Of a stretch of DNA of 64,000 bases, positions 50,930 to 64,000 are shown piece by piece. Below the pieces are notes generated by a model. It was not told the origin of the DNA. It did no database searches and worked only from the letters and a program-made list of their open reading frames with translations. The position numbers and the translations under genes are program-made. Where the stretch lies: assembly GCF_018350175.1 (NCBI RefSeq), contig NC_058383.1, positions 15,688,001-15,752,000 on the forward strand. Reading direction: 5' to 3'. Origin of the DNA: Felis catus (Eukaryota). Position 1 is the stretch's first letter, and each line of letters begins with the position of its first letter.

Positions 50930-53900
50930 ATGTTTTCCATTTTAAAATAATTTTATATCCTGGGAGCACCTGGGTGGCTCAGTTGGTTGGGTGTCCAACT
51001 TTGGCTCAGGTCATGATCTCACGGTTCGTGAGTCCAGGCCCTGTGTCAGGCTTGATGCTGACAGCTCAGAGCCTGGAGCCTGCTTCGGATTCTGTATCTC
51101 CCTCGTCCATCTGCCTCTCCCCTGTTTGTGTGTGCTCGCTCTCTCTCTCTTGAAAATAAACATTAAAAAAAATTAAAAAATAAATAAAATGATTTTATAT
51201 CCTGGGACCTTACTGAATTTATTTATCAGTTCTAGTAGTTTTTTGGTGGAGTCTTTCAGGTTTCCTACATATAATATCATGTCATCTGCAAATAGGGAAA
51301 GATTAACTCCTTTTAACCAATTTGGATGACTTTTCTTTTTGTTGTCTGACTGCTGAGGCTAGGACTTCCAGTACTATGTTAAATAACAGCAGTGAGAGTG
51401 GACATTCCTGTCTTGTTCCTGACCACAGAGGAAAAGCTCTCAGTTTTTCCCCATTGAGTATAATGTTAGCTATGGGTTTTTCATATACAGCCTTTATTTG
51501 TTGTGGTATGTTCCCTCTAAAACCTACTTTGTTGAGGTTTTTTTTTTTATGATGACTGTATAGTGTTCTTTGTCAAATGCTTTTTCTGTGTCCATTGAAA
51601 GGATATGGTTCTTATTCTTTATTAAGTGGTGTATCACACTGATTGATTTGTGATTACTGAGCCACCCTTGCAGTCTAAGAGTAATCCCACTTGATCTTGG
51701 CAAATGATTTTTTTAATGTATTGTTGGATTCTGTTTGCTAATATTGTATTGAGATTTTTTGCAATTATGTTCATCAGAGACATTGGCCTATAGTTCTCTT
51801 TTTAAGTGGTATCTGTATCTGGCTTTGGTATCAGAATAATGCTGGCCTCAGAGAATGAATTCAGAAGTTTTCCTTCCTTTTCTATTTTTTGAAATAGTTC
51901 GAGAAGAATAGGTATGAACTTTTCTTTAAATGTTTGGCAGAGGGGTGCCTGGCTGGCTCAGTCAGAAGAGCCTGTGACTCTTGATCTTGGAGTTGTGAGT
52001 TTGAGCCCCACATTGGGTGTAGAGATTATTAAAAATAATAAATAAACTTTAAAAAAATTTTAAAAATAAGTGTTTAGTAGAATTTGCCTGTGAAGCCATC
52101 TGGTCCTGGATTTTTGTTTGTTAGGAGTTTTTTGATTACTTAATTTCTTTACTGGTTATCAGTCTATTCAAGTTTTCTATTTTTTCCTGTTTCAGTTTTG
52201 GTAGTTTATATATTTCTAGGAATTTATCCATTTATCCATTTCTTCCAGGTTGTCCAATTTGTTGGCATATAGTTTTCATAATGCTGTCTTATGATTTTTC
52301 ATTAAAAAATTTTTTTTAACGTTTTTATTCATTTTTGAGAAAGACAGAGCACTAGTGGGGGAGGGGCAGAGAGAGCGGGAGACACACAGAGCTGTCAGCA
52401 CAGAGCCAGATGTGGGGTTCAAACCCACGAACCGTGAGATCATGACCTGAGCTGAAGTAGGATGCTTAACCGACTGAACCACCCAGGCACCCCATGATTG
52501 TTTTTATTTCTATTATTTTTCTATTATTTTTTAGTTTCTATATCATTTATTTCTACTCTAATCTTTATTTCCCTCCTTTTGCTGGTTTTAGGTTTTGGTT
52601 GTTTATTTGAGATTTTTCTTGCTTGTTGAAGAAGGCCTGTATTATTATAAATTTCCCTCATAGAGGCCCTTGCTGCATACCAGAGTTTTTGGACCATTGT
52701 GTTTTCATTTTCACTTGTTTCCATGTACTTCTTAATTTCTTCTTAGATTTCCTAGTTGATCCATTCATTGTTCAGTAGCATGTTATTTAACTTTCACATA
52801 TTTGTGGTCTTTCTAGATTTTTTCTCGTGGTTGACTTCTAGTTTCATAGTGTTGTGGTCAGAAATTATGCATGGTATGATTTTGATCTTCTTTAATTTGT
52901 TGAGGTTTTGTAAGCTAATATGTGATCCATTCTGGAGAATGCTGCATGTGCACTTGAAAAGAATGTGTATTCTGCTGTTTTAGGATAAAATGTTCTGAAC
53001 ATATCCATTAGATCCATCTGCTCCTGTGTGTCATTCAGAGCCATTGCTTCATTGTTTCGTAGTTAGGTGTCATTGTTTCGTATTTAGATGTCATCGATGT
53101 AAGTGGGGTGTTACTATTACTGTATTATTATCAATTAGTTTATGTTTGTTGTTAACTATTTTATGTATTTGGGTGCTCCTATGTTCGTTCAGTGCATAAA
53201 TATTTATAACTGCTATATCGTCTCACTGGATTGTCCTCTTTTTTATTATATAGTGTCCTTTGTTGTCTCTTGTTACAATCGTTTTAAAGTCTACTTTGTC
53301 TGATATAGTATTGCTACTCTGGCTTTCTTTTGACATCCATTTGCATGCTAGATGTTTCTCCATCCATTCACTTTCAATCTGCAGGTGTCTTAGTATAAAA
53401 TTGGTCTCTTACAGCCAGGATGTATATGGGTCTTGTTTTTTGATCCATTCTGTTACCCTGTGTCTTTTGATTGAAGTGTTTAGTTCATTTACATTCAAAG
53501 CAATTATTGATATATATGTATTTATTGCCCTTTTATTACTTGTTTCGTGGTTGTTTCTGGAGATTGTCTCTGATCCTTTCATGTCTTTCATTCTTTCATG
53601 TTTGCCGATTTTCTTTAGTGATATATTTGGATTCATTTCTCTTTATTCTTTGCATATTTGTTAGTGGTTTTTGATATATGGTTACCATTTGGTTTGTATA
53701 CAGCCTCTTCTGTATATAGCAGTCTATATTAAGATGGAGGTCATTTAAGTTTGAACCTATTCTTTTCTCCTCCCTCCCCATATTTTAGGTATATGTTATT
53801 ATATTTTATACCTTTTTTTATGAATTCCTTATTTTCTACAGAAATATTCATTTTTACTGCTTTTGTGTTTCCTACCTCTGTACTGCTGCTTTTAGCCTCT

Positions 53901-54980
53901 CCTTTCCACTCAAAGAGTTCCTTTTAATATTTTTTGCAAAGCTGGTACTTAGTGGTCATGAACTCCTTCAGCTTTTGTCTGGGAAACTCTTTATCTCCCC
54001 TTCTATTGTGTATGATAGCATTGCTGGATAGAGTATTCTTGGGTGCAGATTTTTTCCATTTCACACTTTGAATATATCATGCCATTCCCTCTGGCTTACA
54101 AAGTTTCTACTGAAAATTCTCCTGCTAGCCTTATGGGTTTTCCCTTGTAAGTTAATGACTTCTATTGTCTTGCTGCTTTAAAGATTTTTTTTTTTTAGCA
54201 CTATATTTTGTGAATTTAATTACATTTTGTTTTGGTGTGGGTCTTTTCTAACAGAATTTTCCCTGAGCCCAGGGCCGAGGTTAGCAAGCTTGGAGTGGGC
54301 AAGTACTCAGGAAAACTCTTGGGCATGGCACACTGCTAGTAGGTGAGATACAAGTGCCTCTTACTGGTGGCTCTGTGTTTATCCTGGGGGGCAAGGGAGG
54401 AAAATGGTGCCTGCCAGCTCCCTCATTTTCAGTAAAGTCCCCCAACATGTTCTGAAATCAGTATGAACAGATCTGTCTCCTGTTTGCCCCCCTGCTCCCC
54501 CACATTGTGTAAACTGCCTTTTTTATGTTCCCTCTCCGTCCAGGCTGCTGTCTTTTTAAGGGCAGCAACTGAGCTATTGCTCACCCTCCTGGCTCACTCT
54601 GTGCTGATTCAGCAGACTTTTAAAACTCCAGGCTCCAAGTACCACTGGTTTTATAAACACATGGAATTCAGCCCCTCTGGTTTTTAAAGCCAAATATTTT
54701 AGGGATTTGTCTTCCCATGTGAGCTCCCTGGTGCAAGGGCCCATTTCTCTGCCCTCTCCATGCACACAGCTCCCATCCTCTTGCGGGCAGCCTCCCTCTG
54801 CCTTTCTGACCTTCCTAACCTTTCAGCTGCAGCTTCTTCTCTATGTTTAGCTGTGGAGTTTGTTTTGCCAGTCTTCAGATCACTCCAGTTTGTTACGCTG
54901 GATGTGGAGGGTATCTAGTTGAAAATGTGGGACAGAGTGAGCTTGGGGGTCCTTTTACCCCGCCATCTTCCCAAGCTCCT
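50930..54980 (-). mobile_element. Degraded carnivore LINE-1 (5'UTR-like segment, end of ORF1, ORF2 endonuclease to RT region) interrupted by three SINEs
   Basis: Minus-strand peptide YISIIALNVNELNTSIKRHRVTEWIKKQDP (53409-53636) is the ORF2p N-terminal endonuclease. The plus strand is T-rich. A more GC-rich 5' segment lies at about 54245-54980. Confidence 0.85.
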
Positions 54981-57900
54981 CCAAAGAAAGCATTCTTTAC
55001 ATTTTTTTCCCCAAGTATATGTTGACAGAGTACATGATCTAACCAAGAATAAATATTTGCTTTAAAACGGCCAACGTCAAGATGTAATCCAGTGGGACTT
55101 CAAAAGAAAAAATCCACTGAGCACCTAGGCAAAATAAGCATGTGACTTATAGTAGAAAAATAAAGTAATAAAGAATAAGAATCAAAATTAGATTATCAGA
55201 CTTTACAACATCAAAACTTTTTGCCAGCGATTAAACATGCACATGGAAGAAAACTGAGCCAAGAACTTTAGATGTAGAAAAACTGACTTTCATGTACAAA
55301 TGACATAGAACAGCTGTTATCAAAGTTAATCAGAGAATATTGTTTCTATGGACACTTTCTGAAAAAGCTACTAGAGTGCAAGTTAACAAACTTTTTCTGT
55401 AAAAGACTAGATAGCAACTATCTGAGGCTATCAAGGCACAGTCTCTGTTGCACATCCTCCTCTTTAATTTTTACAACTCTTTAAAATTTTGTAAAAACCA
55501 TTCCTACCTCACAAGCCATACAAAAACAGGTGGTAAGCCATTGTTTCCAACCCCTGTACTAGAACATGAGTTTCAGACAACCAAAATAGTTAGGGGGCAC
55601 TGACAAAGGACTGGGATAGCCTCACCAGACAAAAGTAGTAAAATAACATTTTCTGCTAAAAGAAACTAGGGCATATTAAAGAAATGACTCATTCCTGATC
55701 TGAGCTGAGCCTGTAATATCTTCTCATACCAATAGCTAGGAAATTATGAGACACTCCCATGGTCATGGCAAAAGTCTGCAGGAGCCAATCTGAAGAAGCT
55801 TCTAGTGGGCCAGAGATGGGACAATTTGAACTTTAACAAAAATAATAATTTGCAACAGATTGAAATCTCAAGTTAGTCTCTTGGAAAGATATGAAAAGGA
55901 ATCGACTCATTATCTTGAAAACTACCAAATAAATGTTAAGAATCAAGTATTTATCATGACTTTTCCCTATGTGGACCATAAACCCAGGTAACCAAATAGT
56001 AGACGGAGGGATGTATCTCTTTATAAACATTTTTCAAATAATATATAGAAAAGAAATCAGAATTAGATTATCAAAATTTTGCAAGGTCAAACAAACTGAT
56101 GAATCTAGGCACTGAGGATTAATGGCTGCTAAAATCACAAAAGGTAAGACAACTATGCATAACAGCCTTGCCAAATCAAATCTTGAGTATGATTAAGCCT
56201 CTGGATTCAGCCACCAATTTGTATGAAACACAGAATTAAAAAGAATATGTTGGATAATCAGCAGTCCAATTGCAAAAGTTTTGTAATCAGCAAAATTCAG
56301 ATTATACATAATTTTACTAGCAAATAACCTGGGCTCTTCAAAAAATAGCATATGGTAATGATAGAAATTGAGCATTGGAAATCTATAGATTAAAAGGAAT
56401 TTAAATACACGCCAGATTATTTTTGATGGGTAAAACTATAGTATATAGGGATGTGTATTTGGATGATAAAACTATAAAGAAACATCAGGAAGTGATTTCT
56501 AAAAGTATCAGATTAGTGCATAGTTTTGGGAAAAGTATGAGATTTGAGATTAGGATACCTAGAAAGGCTTCTAGATTGGCATAGTTCAATTTCTTGACAT
56601 GGATGGTAGTTATAAGGGTGTTTGCCTTCTTAAAATTCATTAAACTGATTTTTATTTTATTTATTTAATTAATTTAGAGTGTGCACGTGACAGCAGGAGA
56701 GAGGAGAGAGATAATCTCAAGCAGGCTCCACGCCCAGCACAGGGCCCAATGTGGGGGCCTGATCTCACAACCATGAGATTATGACCTGAGTGGAAATCAA
56801 GAATTGGACGCTTAACTGACTGAGACACCCAGGTGCCCCCAAACTAATTTTTTTTAATGTTTATTTTTGAGAGACAGAGTGCGAGCAGGGGTGGGGCAGA
56901 GAGAGAGAGGGAGACAGAATCTGAAGCAGGCTCCAGGCTATGAGCTGTCAGCACAGAGCCTGATGTGGGGCTCAAACCCACAAATTGTGAGCTCATGACC
57001 TGAGCTGAAGTCGGATGCTTAACTGACTGAGCCACCCAGGCGTCCCCCCAAAACTAATATTTAAATAGTCCTTACAGTGGTAGTAACCTAATCTGACTTC
57101 TACACTCTCCTACGTCCACTCTGTTTCAGCCCCACTGACTTTATTGTGATTGCTTACCTAGGCTAGGTATGCTCCTCACTGGTGTTTTTATAGTGGCTGT
57201 TTGCTCTGCCTGGAATATTCTTTCCCCAGATATCCATTTGGCTAACTCCTTCACCTCCAAGATATCCTTAAATCTCACCTTCATGAGGAATACTCTGATC
57301 ACTCTATGTAATATTATAACCTGCCCCTCAAAACCCCTTGGTCCATGGGACACCTGCTGGTTCAGTCAGTAGAACATGTGACTCTTGATCTTGGGGTTCC
57401 AAGTCTGAGCACCCACAATGGGGGTAGAGATTACTTAAAAACGTTTTTTAATTTAAAAAGTCCCCTCATTATTGATCCCCTTTATCTCCTCTGATTTTTC
57501 TTTTTCCACAGCATTTATAAATGCTACTATCCTAATACATGATTTTCCTATTTAGTAAAGTTTTTGTTTTTTGTTTTTTTCTCCTTCCACTAGATTGTAG
57601 GCTCCATGAGGGCAGCAATTTTTTTGTATTTTGTTCACTTGCTCTTGCTCTCTCATAGGTCTCTGCTAGAAGTATCACCTTACCAATGAGGACCTCCCTA
57701 CTATTCCTATATCCCAGCTCTTGGCAACAACCTATTTTCTGCTTTATTTTTCTCTAAAGTACTCATTACCATCTGACAAACTAGACATTTAACTTGCTTA
57801 TGTTTTAATGGATTGACTCTCAAATACTAATGTAAGTTTCACGAAGAAAGGGCTTATTTTTATTTGTTTTGTATGTTTTGTTAACTGCTATAACCCTAAT

Positions 57901-58430
57901 GCAATGGGTACTCAATGGGTACTCAACATGTTAAGTGAACAAATAGTCTTTATTATGTTTCAGTAGTTTTTTCTTATTCCTTAACAGTTTGTATTATGAA
58001 TGACAATTGAATTTTACCAAGAGCCTTCCAGCATTAAATAATATGATCATTTGGATTTAATTTATTGACATAATGAATGATGTTAACAGATTTTTCTGAT
58101 ATGAACCATTCATTTTTGAAATAAAATTAGTCATAAAAACTTATCAATCTTTAATACACTGCTGAATTCTGCTTACTAATATTTTACTTATGACTTTATA
58201 ATTTATGATTGTAGTATCAATATGGGAAGAAAACTCTGAGGTTTTCTTTTCTATAATTTCTACTGGGTTCTGACATTAAATCATAGTTTCATAAAGTGAA
58301 CAGCGGCGTTTTCCATCTTTTTCTATGACCTAAACTAGTTCAAATAGCATTGGACTCATCTGTGCTCTAAAAGTTAGAAACAATTCAATTTTGAATCATC
58401 TGTGCCTTTTATTTATTTAAAATAAATTTG

Positions 58431-58898
58431 GGGGGGGCGCCTGGGTAGCTCAGTCGTTTAAGTGTCCAACTTCGGCTCAGGTCATGAACTTACAGTTCCT
58501 GAGTTCAAGACCTACATCAGGCTCTGTGCTGACTGCTCAGAGCCTGGAGCCTGCTTCAGATTCTGTGTCTCCCTCTCTCTCTGTTCCACCCCCGCTGGAG
58601 CTCTGTCTCTCTCTCTCTCTCTCAAAAATAAAGATTAAATTTTTTAAAAAATAATAAATTAAAAAAAAATTAAAAATAAGAAAAAATTTTTTAATGTTTA
58701 TTTGTGAGAGAGAGAGACAGAGACAGAGCACGAGTGGGGGAGGGGCAGAGAGAGAGAGAGGGAGACACAGAATCTCAAGCAGGTTCCAGGCTCTGAGCTG
58801 TCAATACTGAGCCCAACACGGGGCTCAAACTCATGAACTATGAGATCATGACCTGAGCCAAAGTCAGATCCTTAACCGACTGAGCCACCAGGCACCCC
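58431..58898. mobile_element. Tail-to-tail inverted CAN-SINE pair
   Basis: Plus copy at 58431-58685 and minus copy at 58688-58898. Outer TSD catct(g/a)tgcctttt. Confidence 0.9.
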
Positions 58899-59476
58899 AC
58901 ATCTATGCCTTTTAAAATGTTTTCCTTAATCACCTTTTCAGTCTCTCAGAGACTAATCAACCTATTTAAGTTCTCCATCTATCCTGAAAAATCAGCTATT
59001 ATCTCTGGGCTTTCAATTTACTACAAAGATACTCTTTCATAGCATTCACATATAATTCTTTTAATTTCTTTTTTTTTTATGTTTTATTTATTTTTGAGAG
59101 CAAGAGAGACAGGGAACGAGCGGGGGAGGGGCAGAGAGAGGGAGACACAATCTAAAGCAGGCTCCAGGCTCTGAGCTATCAGCACAGAGCCTGATGTGGG
59201 GCTCGAACCCACAGACTGTGATATCATGACCTGAGCTGAAGTCGGATGCTCAACCGACTGAGCCACCCTTCTAATTTCTTTCACATCTGTATTATGTCTC
59301 CTTTTTCATCCTTTAGGTGATGTACGTTTACTCCCTTATATACCTTCATTGATATTGCAAAGGGTTTACCTTTTTATTGACCATTTCAAATAATCAATTT
59401 TCATTTTTGTTTCTCCTTTCTACTATTTTTCTCTGTTTTATTAATTTCAGCTTTTCCCTGCATTGACTTTAGGATC

Positions 59477-59911
59477 CAGTAGTCAATCCTTATCTACCAG
59501 GGATAAGTTCCAAGACCCTCAGTGGATGCCTGAAAACACTGACAGTACTGAACCGTGTGTGTGTGAACACACACACACACTATGTTTTCTACCTATGATA
59601 AGTTTAATTTATAAATTAGGCACAATAAGAGATTAACAATAACTGAAAATAAAATAGAATAATTGTTACAATGTATATATATGTTATGTGAATGTGGTCT
59701 CTCTCTCAAAATATTAGATTGTACTGTATTCACCCTTCTTGCAATGATGTGAAGATGATAAAAAGCCTATGTGATGAGAAAGTGAGGTGAGTGATACAGC
59801 ATTGTGACCAGCATCAGGCTACAATTGACCTTCTGATGACATGCCAAAAGGATTATCTGCTTCTAGGCTGTGGTTGACCAGCAAAACTGTAGGCAAGGGT
59901 GGGGGCTACTG
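59477..59911. mobile_element. MER44-like (Tigger7-derived) MITE
   Basis: cagtagtc..ggctactg termini and ttccaagaccctcagtggatgcctgaaa. Confidence 0.75.
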
Positions 59912-61479
59912 CACTGCTTTGCGTATGATACCACTTGTCCTAAATTCCCATATGATTTGGGTCTAATTCTAACCCTATTCTTTACCACTTATCAAGACAA
60001 ACCAACTGATTTATAGGCAAGAAGATCTTATTATTTAAGAACAAAGGAGGGTCTCATTAGAAAGGGTAATGGGGCTTAAACAGCATTCAACTGGAGGTTC
60101 CATGGGTTGAAAACTAAACTATGGCTAAAGAAGAAAAGTAACTACCTAATATAGGCTTACTGCAACATGTATAATGTGTGTTAGGAATAATGCATTCCTA
60201 CCCCACCCCTCACCCTCAATATATGTTCCATAAGGGCAGGATTTGTGTCTCATTTGCTGCTGTATCTCAAGTGCTTACAATGTGCTAAGGAACATAGCAG
60301 AAGGTCAATAAATATTCGTTGAATAAATGAATAAACTGGACAAATCTGTTTCTGATTTTTCAGATGAAATCAGCATTTCTAGGTTTAGAATAATAGTTAA
60401 CACAAGGTCAAGAAAAAAAAAATAGATTCTCTCTCCTCCCTTGATTACCCTTCCTCTCCTCTATGTCTGGTTATGTCTCAGTCCTTAAGTTCTTTAGGTC
60501 CTAGAACATTCTGGGATGAAAGCAGCTCTGTTGTGGTTTTGTCTCTGATTGTTTTATTTTCCCTATGCAGCAACATCTTGGTGTTTGGCCAGACTTGCAT
60601 TCTTTGCAAGGAACAGATTTCGTTTCTTTTTTACAGCCTACAAGTAGTTGTGAAAACACTGACACTTTATTTCTCAAAAGTTCACTTATTTGTTCATTCT
60701 ACTGTGGTCCTCCAGCATGAAATAACAGAACCAAGCTAGTTAAATGTTGGTAATAATTGCCCTTAGCCTGTTCTGGATTTCAAGAATAGCATATATGACC
60801 AAATATTTAAACACTGCCTAAAATCAAATAGGGTAATCATCAGATTCATTATTAAACCTAAAGTTATATCTTCACCTCAAAGGTAAATTACTTTAACATG
60901 TTATACTTTAATTAAGACCAAAAAAAAAAAAAAGACTTTTAGTACTTATAAATAATGAAACTGTGGTTGAATTTCCTTCCAGTGATTTAATTACATAGTT
61001 TTATTTATCCCTGATTTGAACAACACGGACAGAGTAATGACACATATTTCAAGGCAAACTATCTCACATAACATAAAGTACAAACAGAACTTCAAGAATA
61101 GCAACTTTTTTTCAGCATTTAATTAAAATTTTTATGTATATACTCATGGAACCAACATCCAGAACAAGACAGGGAACATTCTCAGCCTCTAAACTGGCTC
61201 TTTTGTGCGACATGCCAGTCAGTACCCATAAGATAAATGGTATTCTACTTATTATATAGATCAGTTTTACCTGATTTTTGAACTTTATACAAATGGAAAC
61301 TTAAATTATATATTCTTTTGTGTCTAGCTTTTTATGCAAAGCCTATTTGTGAGATTCAACATTTGTGTATCAGCAGTTTGCCCTTAGCCCTTTTTCTTGC
61401 AGAGTAGTCTGTAGCTCACTGCATGAAGATACCACATTATCTGTTCTCCTGTTGATAAGCATTTGGTTTTGCTTCCAGC

Positions 61480-62106
61480 TGTTGGAATAGATTTGATAGG
61501 TCAGAAGGTAGGCAGGCATTGTGACAGGGAAAGAGAGAATAAAATAGGCAGAGAGGGAAAGGTTAGGACCTACAGTCCCTGGGTGGGGAAAAACACATAT
61601 TTTAAAACACTGCTGGGAGCATCTGACCCATGAGCAAACCCCCTCAGGCCTAAAGTTCCTCTTAAAAATGTAACAGACACCACCTACTCCCCTTCAGGTT
61701 CCCCTTAGGAATTTGACAAGCAAAATACCTAACTAAAATAAGTAAATCATAAAACTTACGTTATATGTGAGATGGTAGGACCATAGTCTGACTCCTCACA
61801 TAATGAAATCAAGTCAATCAGGAATGGACAAGCCAGCACCTAAAATTATCAAGCCAATAAGGGTAGAACCTGAGAAGGAACGAGGGGCAAGGAACGGGGC
61901 CGAGAAAACCCCATAAAACAAAGTCCCTTTCCTACAGTTGCGGGCATTCACTTTCGAATGCCCCTTTTGTATAAAGAGAGCTTTCATACTATTCTTACTT
62001 TCTGATCTTATACTCTAATAAAGTTTTGCCTGCTGATTTTAGTTGTGTTGACCTCTTCATTCTTCAAAGCAGGAGACAACAAACTCTGGTAAAAAATCCT
62101 GCAACA
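61480..62106 (+). mobile_element. Solo LTR (ERV1-like, probably carnivore-specific)
   Basis: TGTTG..CAACA termini, CCAAT at about 61854, TATA-like cataaaa at about 61912, AATAAA at about 62017. Interrupts L1. Confidence 0.7.
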
Positions 62107-62989
62107 GCATATTTGCTATAACAAATAGTTTTCCCAAGTGGCTATACTAGTTTACACTCCCACCAACATTAAGAATTCCAGTTGTTTCATATCCTTGCCA
62201 ACACTATGTATTGTCCAACCATTTAATACTAACCATTGTGGTGCATATGTAGGCGTATCTCACTATGGTTTTAATTTGCATTTCCTATTGACTAATAATG
62301 GTAAGCCCACTCTTTTATTTACTTATTTTTTTATGCAGAATTAGAATGGTGAAAAGATCTCACTTCATTAACCTATTCAAAAATTATATGCTGGATGAAG
62401 GAAAACAGCAGGACTCCTGAAAAGTGGAGAGAAGTGATGCAAGTGATCTTTGAAAGACTTCCTTTTTCTAAGGACCATCTTGGCCAGCGCTGAGTCAACC
62501 TATGGGACTTTACCCATGTTCTTTAATTTTTATATAGATTCAAGTCCAGTGTTCTTTCATTTCATCCTGAAGCATTTGTTGTAGGCAGATCAACTGCTGA
62601 CAAATTCTCTTGCTTTTTACGTGCAAAGATTGTCTCATTTCTTCTTCATTTCTGAAGGGCAGTTTTGGCAGATAAAGAATTCTTAGTTGAGTTCTGCCTT
62701 TCAGCACTGTGAATATGCATCTCACGCATTCCGGAATCCATGGTTTCTTCTTTTTTTTTTTTTCTAAATGTTTATTTATTTTTGAGAGAGAGAGACAGCA
62801 AGTAGGGGAGGGGTGGGGGGGTGGGTAGGGGGGACAGAGGATCTTCAGTAGGCTCTGCACTGATAACAGAGAGCCCAATGCATGAGATCATGACCTGAGC
62901 CAAAGTCAGATGCTTAACTGACTGAGCCACCCAAGAAACCATGGTTGCTAATGAAAATGAAGTTTTTACTCTTATTAAGAATCCCGCGT

Positions 62990-63212
62990 CGCCTGGGTGG
63001 CGCAGTCGGTTAAGCGTCCGACTTCAGCCAGGTCACGATCTCGCGGTCCGGGAGTTCAAGCCCCGCGTCAGGCTCTGGGCTGATGGCTCAGAGCCTGGAG
63101 CCTGTTTCCGATTCTGTGTCTCCCTCTCTCTCTGCCCCTCCCCTGTTCATGCTCTGTCTCTCTCTGTCCCAAAAATAAATAAACGTTGAAAAAAAAAATT
63201 AAAAAGAAAAAA
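62990..63212 (+). mobile_element. Young felid CAN-SINE, slightly 5'-truncated
   Basis: CpG-intact body. TSD aagaatccc. Confidence 0.93.
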
Positions 63213-63455
63213 AAGAATCCCTTGTAGGCCATGGATCCTTTTTCTTGCTGCTTTAAAGATTCTCTTTGTCTTCTGAAGTTTGATGATGATGCGTCTATGT
63301 GTGGATCTCTTTGGTTTTATCCTACTTGGGAGTTCGATGAACTTCCTGGATGAGTAGTTACATGTTTTTATTTTTTTCTGCTCATTTGGTATCTCTTCTC
63401 TTTGTAGGATTCCCATTATGTGTATGTTAATACATTTGATGGTATCCACAGGTTC

Positions 63456-63480
63456 TGTGTGTGTGTGTGTGTGTGTGTGT
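63456..63480. repeat. (TG)n microsatellite
   Basis: Read directly. Confidence 0.93.
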
Positions 63481-64000
63481 ATACAGACATACATTTTTTT
63501 TTTCTGTTTCTCTGATTGGATAGTAGCAATTAATGTATCTATAAGTTTGCTAGTTTCTTTCTTCTTCTAGTTCAAATCTCTTGGGCCTCATGAGTGAATT
63601 TTTCATCTTATTTATTGTCAACTCCAGAATTCCCATCTGGTTTATTATCAGAGAGAGTTCCATCTCTTTATTCTTATCCTCTATTTGGTGAAGACACTGT
63701 TCTCATACTTTAACTTTTCTAAAAAATATTTTTTTTAATGTTTATTTGTTTTTAAGAGAGAGAGAGAGTGCAAGTGGGGTAGGAACAGAGAGAGAGGGAG
63801 ACACAGAACGTGAAGCATGCCCCAGGCTCTGAGCTGTCAGTATAGAGCCTGATGCAGGAATCAAACTTACCTGAGATCATGTGAGATCATGACCTGAGCC
63901 AAAGCTGGATGCTTAACCAACTGAGCCACCCAGGCACCCAGGAATCTATGGTTTCTAAAGAAAAGGAAGCTGTTACTCTTATTAAGACTTCCTTTCAGGC

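Larger units (their letters stand above)
61100..63720 (-). mobile_element. Old antisense L1 fragments (3' end and ORF1 region) with LTR and SINE insertions
   Basis: The minus-strand ORF 63147-63494 gives the ORF1p-like peptide INIHIMGILQREE..RIKPKRSTHRRIIIKLQK. 3'-end L1 motifs occur at 61100-62300. Confidence 0.7.
212..63939. mobile_element. About 40 further dispersed CAN-SINE copies (aggregate entry)
   Basis: Same head and (CT)n/A-tail structure starting near 212, 480, 695, 1527, 2105, 2871, 6416, 7655, 13125, 13678, 14760, 16151, 16521, 19195, 19870, 20631, 21225, 21365, 21900, 22728, 22989, 23703, 28625, 29894, 30654, 33042, 33385, 33584, 33799, 34815, 36829, 38448, 47147, 47680, 48795, 49235, 50168, 50490, 50962, 51942, 52310, 56650, 56848, 59070, 62750, 63730. 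Confidence 0.9.

Noticed and set aside
1463..63189. Recurrent ORFs such as MAQSVK..TSAQVMIS..SLEPASDSVSPSLSAPP and EREGDTESEAGSRL
   Set aside because: These are translations of CAN-SINEs, not a protein family.

Overview
This is mammalian genomic DNA from a felid (cat-like), judged from about 55 tRNA-derived CAN-SINEs (counted by eye), including the young CpG-rich SINEC_Fc type. The only real coding sequence is one 199-bp internal exon of TPST1 (tyrosylprotein sulfotransferase 1) on the minus strand at 40394-40592. No other TPST1 exon is visible, so the rest appears to be intron. The introns hold a disabled RPS20 processed pseudogene (9253-9767), L1 fragments of several ages, solo LTRs, old hAT/Tigger MITEs and microsatellites. 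Nearly all ORFs in the supplied track are translations of SINEs or L1. The most unusual object is a 452-bp element at 24250-24701 with 55-bp terminal inverted repeats, TG...CA ends and a perfect 6-bp target-site duplication. That structure fits neither a normal solo LTR nor the usual mammalian DNA transposons. I found no evidence for a new multi-gene system. Repeat family names come from recalled consensus sequences, not a search, and repeat boundaries are approximate.
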